A program made the translations under genes and the position numbers. This document shows, one piece after another, positions 1 through 8,948 of a DNA stretch of 64,000 bases. Each line of letters opens with the position of its first letter. The first letter of the stretch is position 1. Under the pieces are notes generated by a model. The model was given only the letters and a program-made list of their open reading frames with translations. It was not told the DNA's origin and did not search any database. Source of the DNA: an uncultured Clostridia bacterium (GTDB lineage: Bacteria > Bacillota > Clostridia > Lachnospirales > Lachnospiraceae); contig CALBNS010000087.1 of NCBI GenBank assembly GCA_937896665.1, positions 38,375 through 102,374 of the forward strand. Direction: 5' to 3'.

Positions 1-77
1 CAGTATTACTGTGGATGGTATTAGCTATGGCAGCAACAGTGGTTGTTCTTTTTGCGAAGAAAAAAAGAGTAAGTTAA
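1..77 (+). CDS. 3' end of an upstream gene (C-terminal hydrophobic helix plus KKKR tail; membrane or sortase-type anchor possible)
   Basis: Frame 3 reads VLLWMVLAMAATVVVLFAKKKRVS* with TAA at 75-77. Only 24 codons are visible and any LPXTG-type motif would lie outside the window. Confidence 0.3.
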   Translation, partial: VLLWMVLAMAATVVVLFAKKKRVS

Positions 78-106
78 TAAAAAAGAATTGACTTTTTAGT
101 CGGCAG

Positions 107-144
107 CAGGGACGTAGTTCTTTGAGAATTACGTCCCTGTTTTT
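107..144 (+). terminator. Rho-independent terminator of the upstream gene
   Basis: cagggacgta (107-116) pairs with tacgtccctg (130-139), with further inner pairing, followed by TTTTT (140-144). Confidence 0.7.
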
Positions 145-193
145 ACGTAGACGAATAGTAATTGTTAAAATTATAAAAAATATATAAACATGG

Positions 194-222
194 TTGACAA
201 ACAAAAAACATGGTGTTATCTT
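194..222 (+). promoter_or_regulatory. sigmaA-type promoter of the hrcA operon
   Basis: TTGACA at 194-199, 17-nt spacer, TGt-TATCTT extended -10 at 214-222, directly upstream of the CIRCE element. Confidence 0.6.
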
Positions 223-237
223 AATAACCGTAAGGTG

Positions 238-264
238 TTAGCACTCAAAAACATGGAGTGCTAA
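238..264 (+). promoter_or_regulatory. CIRCE operator (HrcA binding site)
   Basis: Perfect TTAGCACTC-N9-GAGTGCTAA inverted repeat at 238-246 and 256-264, between the promoter and hrcA. Confidence 0.92.
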
Positions 265-288
265 TAAAACAAAAGAGGGAGGGTGAAC

Positions 289-1332
289 ATGAAACTGAAT
301 CAAGAGTTGGATGGTCGCAAGAAGAAGATTTTGCAGACGATTATCAAAACTTATTTAGAGACTGGTGAACCGGTAGGCTCCAGAACCATTTCAAAATATG
401 CGGATTTGAATCTTAGTTCAGCAACGATTCGTAATGAGATGGCCGACTTAGAAGATTTAGGATATATTATTCAGCCTCACACTTCTGCAGGTCGCATCCC
501 ATCGGATATAGGGTATCGATGGTATGTGGATATGCTGATGGAAGAAAAAGAGCAGGAAGTCACCGAAATGCGTGAACAGATGCTTCAGAAAGCAGATAAG
601 ATGGATCAACTGTTGAAGCAGGCAGCCAAAGTATTGGCGGTTAATACCAACTATGCAACAATGATTTCAGCTCCGGTCTATCATAGAAACAGGTTAAAAT
701 TCATTCAATTATCTCAGGTTGACGCAGAACAGATAATTGCGGTCATTGTGATGGAAGGCAATATCATTAAGAACAAGATTGTTACGGTGGAAGAGCCACT
801 CAGTAATGAAAACTTACTAAAACTGAATATGCTTTTGAATACGAATTTGAATGGAGTTGCAGTTGATGAAATCAATCTTGGTATGATTACCAGACTGAAA
901 GAGCAGGCTGGCATTCACAGCGGTGTCATAAGTGATGTGTTAGATGCTGTAGCAGCTACAATTCAACATGACAATGATTTGGAAATTTATACTAGCGGTG
1001 CGACGAATGTATTCAAGTATCCGGAATTAAGCGACAGTCAGAGTGCTCGGGAGATTATCAATGCATTTGAGGAAAAGCAGCAGCTTGCTGAGATTGTAAA
1101 TCAGACGCTTTCTCAAGAAGAGAACCGAGGAATTCAAGTATATATTGGTAATGAAGCACCGGTGCATACCATGAAAGATTGCAGTGTTGTGACTGCCACT
1201 TATGAATTGGGAGAAGGAATGCAGGGAACGATAGGAATTATCGGACCTAAGCGAATGGATTATGAGAATGTAATGAAGACTCTGAAAACTCTGATGGTAG
1301 AGTTGGATGAGATATTCCATAGAGAACATTAG
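289..1332 (+). CDS. hrcA: Heat-inducible transcription repressor HrcA
   Basis: The N-terminal winged-helix part (RKKKILQTIIKTYLETGEPVGSRTISK) is typical of HrcA. First gene of hrcA-grpE-dnaK-dnaJ. ATG 289 lies 5-6 nt after AGAGGGAGGG; the track start at 283 is GTG. Confidence 0.95.
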   Translation: MKLNQELDGRKKKILQTIIKTYLETGEPVGSRTISKYADLNLSSATIRNEMADLEDLGYIIQPHTSAGRIPSDIGYRWYVDMLMEEKEQEVTEMREQMLQKADKMDQLLKQAAKVLAVNTNYATMISAPVYHRNRLKFIQLSQVDAEQIIAVIVMEGNIIKNKIVTVEEPLSNENLLKLNMLLNTNLNGVAVDEINLGMITRLKEQAGIHSGVISDVLDAVAATIQHDNDLEIYTSGATNVFKYPELSDSQSAREIINAFEEKQQLAEIVNQTLSQEENRGIQVYIGNEAPVHTMKDCSVVTATYELGEGMQGTIGIIGPKRMDYENVMKTLKTLMVELDEIFHREH

Positions 1333-1349
1333 AAAGGTGGAAGGATCCA

Positions 1350-1997
1350 TTGGAAAAAAGTAAGGAAGAAATGATAAAAGAAGCTGTAGAAGAAGCAAAA
1401 AAAGCAGTACAGACAGCAGAAGAACACGAAGAAGAAGTTCAGGATGTTCAGGAAACTGAAGTGACAGATGATGAGTCTGTGACAGAAGCTCTGGAAACGG
1501 ACAGCGCAGAAGATGAGAAATCAGAAAAGAAGAAGCTGTTTAACCGTAAGCCAAAGAAAGACAAAAAAGATGAGCAGATTGAAGACTTGACAGATAAGCT
1601 CACAAGACAGATGGCAGAATTTGATAACTACCGTAAACGTACAGAAAAAGAAAAATCTTCTATGTATGAAATCGGCGCAAAAAGTGTTATCGAAAAATTA
1701 CTACCAGTGGTAGATAATTTTGAAAGAGGTCTTATAGCAGTTCCAGAAGAAAAACGAGAAGATTCTTTTGTAACCGGAATGGAGATGGTTTACAAGCAGA
1801 TTATGACAATGTTTGAAACAATTGGTGTAAAACCAATCGAGACAGTAGGACAGGAATTCAACCCGGATTTACACAATGCAGTAATGCATGTGGAAGATGA
1901 AAATGTTGGTGAGAATATTATCGTGGAAGAATTCCAAAAGGGATATACTTACAAAGACAGCGTAGTAAGATATAGCATGGTAAAAGTAGCAAACTAG
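1350..1997 (+). CDS. grpE: Nucleotide exchange factor GrpE
   Basis: Acidic N-terminus followed by the GrpE core (FDNYRKRTEKE...PDLHNAV). The track start is TTG 1350 after AAGGTGGAAGG; an in-frame ATG at 1371 is an alternative. Confidence 0.92.
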   Translation: MEKSKEEMIKEAVEEAKKAVQTAEEHEEEVQDVQETEVTDDESVTEALETDSAEDEKSEKKKLFNRKPKKDKKDEQIEDLTDKLTRQMAEFDNYRKRTEKEKSSMYEIGAKSVIEKLLPVVDNFERGLIAVPEEKREDSFVTGMEMVYKQIMTMFETIGVKPIETVGQEFNPDLHNAVMHVEDENVGENIIVEEFQKGYTYKDSVVRYSMVKVAN

Positions 1998-2032
1998 GCA
2001 AAGCCGAGCTTAATGTAATGAATTTTATATAA

Positions 2033-3916
<1,884 letters not shown>

Positions 3917-4018
3917 GCCGTCATTAGGAAAAGCACACGTGCTTACAGATTATAAATGGTTCTGCGGGACCTGAGTGATATCAGGTTTCGCAGAATTTCC
4001 TCATTACCACATATCCAT

Positions 4019-4044
4019 AAAAAGGTTCAATGAACCTTTTTTTT
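4019..4044 (+). terminator. Intra-operon terminator/attenuator between dnaK and dnaJ
   Basis: aaaaaggttc-aat-gaacc hairpin followed by T8 (4037-4044). It is preceded by a second strong hairpin at 3960-3995 (ttctgcg...cgcagaa). Confidence 0.6.
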
Positions 4045-4073
4045 CGGAGAAAAAATAGAAAGGCAGAAAAATT

Positions 4074-5252
4074 ATGGCTGAAACAAAAAGAGATTATTAT
4101 GAAGTGCTCGGGGTCGATAAAAATGCTGACGACGCAGCACTGAAAAAAGCATATAGAGTGTTGGCCAAAAAATATCATCCGGATGTAAATCCGGGGAATG
4201 AAGAGGCGGAGAAGAAGTTTAAAGAAGCTTCTGAAGCATATGCAGTACTTAGTGACCCGGAAAAAAGACGCAAATATGATCAATTTGGGCATGCGGCATT
4301 TGATGGCGGTGCAGGCGGAGCTGGCGGTTTCGGTGGCTTTGATTTTAGTGGAGCAGATTTTGGTGATATTTTCGGTGATATTTTTGGGGATTTATTCGGT
4401 GGATCACGCCGTGGCGGCCGTGGCAATTATGGTCCAAGACAAGGTGCCAATATTCGTAAAGGAATCCGAATTACATTTGAAGAGGCCATATTTGGCTGTG
4501 AAAAGGAAATAGAGGTTGTGATTAAAGACCCATGTACCACATGTAACGGAACGGGAGCAAAGCCGGGAACTTCCCCTGAAACATGTCCGAAATGTGGAGG
4601 AAAAGGTCAGGTTGTATATACAACACAATCATTTTTTGGAACAATGCAGAATGTACAGACATGTTCAGAGTGTAATGGTTCCGGGAAAGTTATCAAAGAA
4701 AAATGTTCAGATTGTGGAGGTACAGGATATGTATCAACCAAGAAGAAGATTCAGGTTTCAATTCCGGCCGGTATTGATAATGGACAGAGTATACGCATTC
4801 GTGAAAAAGGCGAGCCGGGTATCAACGGTGGACCAAGAGGCGATTTACTTGTAGAAGTGACTGTGTCAAGACATCCGGTATTTACTCGTCAGGATATGCA
4901 TATTTTCTCGACTGCACCAATCAGTTTTGCTCAGGCAACACTGGGTGGCGATGTGAAGATCAAGACTGTGGATGGTGATGTATTATACACGGTGAAACCG
5001 GGAACTAAGACTGATACAAAGGTGAGATTGAAAGGAAAAGGTGTTCCTTCGCTGCGTAATAAGCAGGTTCGTGGAGACCATTACGTGACTTTGGTAATTC
5101 AGACTCCGGAAAAACTGAGTGCCGAGGCAAAAGAAGCTTTGAGAAAATTTGATGAGCTGACAGGAAATTCTTTGAAGCAGGGTGAGGAAGCGGAGAAGAA
5201 GAAAACAAAGAAGAGTTTCATGGATAAAGTGAAAGAGGCCTTTGAGGATTAA
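4074..5252 (+). CDS. dnaJ: Co-chaperone DnaJ
   Basis: J-domain with HPD (KKYHPDVN), a G/F-rich linker and four CxxCxGxG zinc-finger repeats. Confidence 0.98.
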   Translation: MAETKRDYYEVLGVDKNADDAALKKAYRVLAKKYHPDVNPGNEEAEKKFKEASEAYAVLSDPEKRRKYDQFGHAAFDGGAGGAGGFGGFDFSGADFGDIFGDIFGDLFGGSRRGGRGNYGPRQGANIRKGIRITFEEAIFGCEKEIEVVIKDPCTTCNGTGAKPGTSPETCPKCGGKGQVVYTTQSFFGTMQNVQTCSECNGSGKVIKEKCSDCGGTGYVSTKKKIQVSIPAGIDNGQSIRIREKGEPGINGGPRGDLLVEVTVSRHPVFTRQDMHIFSTAPISFAQATLGGDVKIKTVDGDVLYTVKPGTKTDTKVRLKGKGVPSLRNKQVRGDHYVTLVIQTPEKLSAEAKEALRKFDELTGNSLKQGEEAEKKKTKKSFMDKVKEAFED

Positions 5253-5264
5253 TTATGAAACTAT

Positions 5265-5306
5265 AAGAGGTATTGCAGATTTTTAAAATGCAATATCTCT
5301 TCTTTA
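5265..5306 (+). terminator. Terminator of the dnaK operon
   Basis: 13-bp stem: aagaggtattgca (5265-5277) with tgcaatatctctt (5289-5301), one G.U pair, then a T-rich tail cttta. Confidence 0.55.
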
Positions 5307-5373
5307 TGCCAAAATGTTCAATATAAGTACTTCATGGAGGACGAATATCGCAGTGGAGTGTGGGGAAGATGAA

Positions 5374-5402
5374 TAGACAAAAAAATATATTTGTGCTACA
5401 AT
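5374..5402 (+). promoter_or_regulatory. Candidate sigmaA promoter for ridA-mrp
   Basis: TAGACA at 5374-5379, 17-nt spacer, TGc-TACAAT extended -10 at 5394-5402. Confidence 0.5.
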
Positions 5403-5443
5403 AAAGTCCTTGAGATTGTAAAATGGCGAAAAGGAGAATGGAT

Positions 5444-5821
5444 ATGCGAGTAGTATCAACAGAAAAAGCTCCAAAAGCATTGGGACCATATTCGCAGGGA
5501 TATGTGCATCAGGGGATTTTTTATTCGGCAGGACAGATTCCGATTAACCCGGAAACAGATGCGATTGAAGCTGTAACAATTGAAGAACAGACAGAACAGG
5601 TTTGCAAGAACCTGCAGGCAGTTTTAGAGGCGGCAGGAACATCATTTGATAAAGTGATCAAGACAACTTGCTTTTTGGCGGATATGGGAGATTTCGCTGC
5701 ATTTAATGAAGTGTATGCAAAATATTTCGTTTCAAAACCAGCCAGAAGCTGTGTGGCAGTAAAGACATTGCCGAAGAATGTACTCTGTGAAGTAGAATTA
5801 ATTGCGGCAGTAGAAGAATAG
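5444..5821 (+). CDS. ridA: RidA/YjgF/L-PSP family reactive-intermediate deaminase
   Basis: STEKAPKALGPYSQG...GQIPINPET...R(S)CVAVKTLP is typical of YjgF/RidA. ATG 5444 lies 7 nt after AAGGAG; the track start 5423 is over-extended. Confidence 0.85.
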   Translation: MRVVSTEKAPKALGPYSQGYVHQGIFYSAGQIPINPETDAIEAVTIEEQTEQVCKNLQAVLEAAGTSFDKVIKTTCFLADMGDFAAFNEVYAKYFVSKPARSCVAVKTLPKNVLCEVELIAAVEE

Positions 5822-5832
5822 GAGTGTGTAAG

Positions 5833-6672
5833 ATGGCAGAACAAGAGAATAATACATCATGTTCGGCAGAAAGTTGTTCGGGATGTGAACATGCAGGAAG
5901 CTGTGCAAGCAAAAAAGATGATTTGAAAGTAGCACCGAATCAATACACAACAGTGAAAAAGGTGATTGGTGTAATCAGTGGTAAAGGCGGAGTAGGAAAA
6001 TCTATGGTAACTGCTTCTCTGGCAAGATTGATGAGAGAACAGGGATATTCTGTGGGAATTTTAGATGCTGATATTACAGGACCTTCTATTCCGAAAATGT
6101 ATGGAATTCATGAACATGCAGTAGGAAACGAAATGGGAATGTTTCCTTGCATCGCAGAGGATGGCACTAGAATTATGTCAATCAACCTATTACTCGAAGA
6201 TGAGGAGATGCCGGTTATCTGGAGAGGTCCGGTAATTGCAGGTGTTGTTACACAATTTTGGAATGAAGTATTGTGGGGCGATTTGGACTACTTATTTGTA
6301 GATATGCCGCCCGGAACAGGGGATGTTCCGCTGACTGTATTCCAGTCTCTTCCGGTGGATGGGGTTGTAATTGTATCTTCACCACAGGATTTGGTACAAA
6401 TGATTGTGAAAAAAGCGTATTATATGGCGAGACAGATGAATATTCCAATCCTGGGAGTTGTAGAAAATTACAGTTACTTAGAGTGTCCGGATTGCGGCAA
6501 AAAGCTTTCTGTATTCGGTGAAAGCCATATCGACGAAATAGCAGCTGACCTAGGATTAGATGTTCTTGGAAAGATGCCAATCGATCCTAAACTTACAGAG
6601 ATGGTTGCAGAAGAGAGGTTTTACGAGGTAGAAAATCACTATCTGAAAGATGCAGTTGTAAAATTAAAATAA
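5833..6672 (+). CDS. mrp: Mrp/NBP35/ApbC-family Fe-S cluster carrier ATPase
   Basis: Deviant Walker A SGKGGVGKS, a ParA-like fold and CPDC near the C-terminus. N-terminal Cys cluster CSAESCSGCEHAGSC. ATG 5833 lies 8 nt after AGGAG; the track start is GTG 5824. Confidence 0.9.
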   Translation: MAEQENNTSCSAESCSGCEHAGSCASKKDDLKVAPNQYTTVKKVIGVISGKGGVGKSMVTASLARLMREQGYSVGILDADITGPSIPKMYGIHEHAVGNEMGMFPCIAEDGTRIMSINLLLEDEEMPVIWRGPVIAGVVTQFWNEVLWGDLDYLFVDMPPGTGDVPLTVFQSLPVDGVVIVSSPQDLVQMIVKKAYYMARQMNIPILGVVENYSYLECPDCGKKLSVFGESHIDEIAADLGLDVLGKMPIDPKLTEMVAEERFYEVENHYLKDAVVKLK

Positions 6673-6675
6673 TGA

Positions 6676-6726
6676 ATAGAAATTGGGGACGTTGTAAATT
6701 CATTTTACTGTGTCCCTAATTTCTAT
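6676..6726. repeat. 15-bp inverted repeat with a 21-nt spacer upstream of the radical-SAM operon
   Basis: atagaaattggggac (6676-6690) pairs with gtccctaatttctat (6712-6726), with one G.U pair. No T-run follows on either strand. Confidence 0.6.
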
Positions 6727-6754
6727 TGCAAACACCCGTTCGATATGTTATGAT
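6726..6754 (+). promoter_or_regulatory. Candidate sigmaA promoter of the radical-SAM/DUF4130/helicase operon
   Basis: TTGCAA at 6726-6731, 17-nt spacer, TGt-TATGAT extended -10 at 6746-6754. Confidence 0.5.
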
Positions 6755-6761
6755 ATAAAAA

Positions 6762-6775
6762 AGAACACATATTCG
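6762..6775. promoter_or_regulatory. Possible LexA (Cheo-type) box
   Basis: AGAAC-ACAT-ATTCG compared with Firmicute CGAAC-N4-GTTCG: one mismatch per half-site. It lies between the -10 and the RBS of the first gene. Confidence 0.3.
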
Positions 6776-6791
6776 AAAAGAGCGATGATTC

Positions 6792-8150
6792 ATGCAAATT
6801 ACAGAACAGATGTCAATCATGGAAAAACTGAATATTTTGTCTGATGCTGCAAAGTATGATGCTGCATGTACATCGAGTGGTACAGACCGTTTGAATGACG
6901 GTACAGGCATTGGAAACTGTGCGAAGGCAGGTATCTGTCATAGTTTTTCTGCAGATGGAAGATGTATTTCTTTGCTCAAGATTTTGTTTACAAATGAATG
7001 TATTTATGATTGTAAATATTGTATCAATCGTTCCTCGAATGATGTAAAACGAGTTTCATTTACGCCGGAGGAAGTGTGTACACTTACGATCGAATTCTAT
7101 CGACGAAATTATATTGAAGGGCTGTTTTTGAGTTCAGGTATTTTGAAAAGCCCGAATTATACGATGGAGCTGATTTATGCCACCCTTTATAAACTGAGAA
7201 CCGAATATCATTTTCAGGGGTATATACATGTGAAGGCAATACCGGGGGCGGATCAGGAACTGATTCAAAGAGTGGGGTTTCTGGCTGACAGGATGAGTGT
7301 GAATCTGGAACTTCCTACAGCGGAGGGGCTTAGAAAGCTGGCACCACACAAGAATCGTAAGAATATATTAACACCGATGCGGCTGGTGCAGAATGGAATT
7401 ATGGAGAATAAGCAGGAATTAATGGTATATAGAAAGGCTCCGAGATTTGTTCCCGCAGGGCAGAGTACACAGATGATCATAGGTGCAACACCTGACAGTG
7501 ACTTTCAGATTTTAAACGTTGCAGAGGCACTTTATAAAAGATTCGGTTTAAAAAGAGTTTTTTATTCTGCTTTTATCCATGTAAATGAGGACTCGAACTT
7601 GCCAGTAAAAAAAGAAGAAGGACCACCGCTTCTGAGAGAACACCGTTTGTATCAGGCAGACTGGCTTTTGCGATATTATGGATTCGAGGCAAAGGAATTA
7701 TTAAGTGAAAAAAGTCCGAATTTCAATGTGCTGCTTGATCCCAAGTGTAATTGGGCATTAGAACATTTGGAAGAATTTCCAGTGGAAGTGAATAAGGCGG
7801 ACTATTACACGTTGATGCGGGTTCCGGGGATAGGATATAAGTCTGCACAGAGGATTGTCAAAGCAAGGCGCATGGGAGTATTAGACTTTCCAGATTTGAA
7901 GAAATTTGGTGTGGTGCTGAAGCGTGCGATGTATTTTCTGACTTGCAATGGAAGGATGATGTATCCGACGAGGATTGAGCAGGATTATATATTGCGCAAC
8001 CTGTTAAACACAGGAGAAAGGTTTCCTGCGACAGTGGAACAGATGAGTTATAGGCAGATTTCTCTGTTTGATGATGTGAATTTCCGAAACGAGCAGTTTG
8101 TACTTCAGAAAGGGCAGAAGAAGACTGTTATTGAGCAGATGTTGGGATAG
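6792..8150 (+). CDS. Putative DNA modification/repair radical SAM protein (TIGR03916-type)
   Basis: CIYDCKYC radical-SAM triad (nt 6999-7022), AKYDAAC N-terminus with extra Cys residues, and a C-terminal helix-hairpin-helix-like MRVPGIGYKSAQRIV. Confidence 0.85.
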   Translation: MQITEQMSIMEKLNILSDAAKYDAACTSSGTDRLNDGTGIGNCAKAGICHSFSADGRCISLLKILFTNECIYDCKYCINRSSNDVKRVSFTPEEVCTLTIEFYRRNYIEGLFLSSGILKSPNYTMELIYATLYKLRTEYHFQGYIHVKAIPGADQELIQRVGFLADRMSVNLELPTAEGLRKLAPHKNRKNILTPMRLVQNGIMENKQELMVYRKAPRFVPAGQSTQMIIGATPDSDFQILNVAEALYKRFGLKRVFYSAFIHVNEDSNLPVKKEEGPPLLREHRLYQADWLLRYYGFEAKELLSEKSPNFNVLLDPKCNWALEHLEEFPVEVNKADYYTLMRVPGIGYKSAQRIVKARRMGVLDFPDLKKFGVVLKRAMYFLTCNGRMMYPTRIEQDYILRNLLNTGERFPATVEQMSYRQISLFDDVNFRNEQFVLQKGQKKTVIEQMLG

Positions 8151-8158
8151 GTGATGAC

Positions 8159-8923
8159 ATGAAAACAGTATATGTATGCGAAGATAGTGTGGCTGGGATT
8201 TTTTCGGCAATTTATGATGCATGGAAAACAAAGCGTAGAGAGGAACAATTGGGAATTGTATTGCAGGGATTCATGTATCAGGAATTGTTTTGTGAATACG
8301 TAGAAGTAGAAACAAGTGTAAAGAAGTCAGTAGCTGTGGAGCAACTGATTAAGAAACATCTGAGTTATGATGCGTATTGGCATATTTATCATGCGCTTCT
8401 TTCAGATGATGAGAAAAAAGCAGATGCTGTTTTGGGAACTATGCTGGAGGCAAGACAGATAGCAGACAGTACAAAGATTATGCAGCATTTGACGCATGAC
8501 AAGGTACAGAAAGTTTTTGAACTCAGCCGGAAAGTTTCGAATGAGGCCCATTACTTTTTGGAATTGATTCGGTTTGCAGAGTTGGAAAATGGGGTATTAT
8601 TTTCGAAAATCGCTCCGAAAAGTCAGATATTGTCCTGTATAGGGGATCACTTTGCCAATCGGTTTCCTTTGGAAAATTTTATGATTTATGATGAGACACA
8701 CAGACAGTTTCTGGTGCACCAAAAGGAAAAGCAATGGGTATTAGTATGGGATGAAGAGTTGGATTTAGAAGCGGTTTCAAGGGTTTCTTATGCGGAAGGC
8801 GTATTTTCGGAGCTATGGAAGGATTTTTTTAAGAGTATCTCCATTAAAGAACGAGAGAATCCCAAACTGCAAAAACAACATCTGCCAATTCGTTTCCGGA
8901 GCAATATTGTAGAGTTTCAATAA
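8159..8923 (+). CDS. TIGR03915/DUF4130-type probable DNA metabolism protein (no UDG domain)
   Basis: Starts 8 nt after the radical-SAM gene. The N-terminus (VYVCEDSVAGIFSAIYDAW) and its size resemble the DUF4130 partner protein. Recognised from memory only. Confidence 0.7.
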   Translation: MKTVYVCEDSVAGIFSAIYDAWKTKRREEQLGIVLQGFMYQELFCEYVEVETSVKKSVAVEQLIKKHLSYDAYWHIYHALLSDDEKKADAVLGTMLEARQIADSTKIMQHLTHDKVQKVFELSRKVSNEAHYFLELIRFAELENGVLFSKIAPKSQILSCIGDHFANRFPLENFMIYDETHRQFLVHQKEKQWVLVWDEELDLEAVSRVSYAEGVFSELWKDFFKSISIKERENPKLQKQHLPIRFRSNIVEFQ

Positions 8924-8948
8924 AGTTATAAAGTGGGTATAAAAGTTT

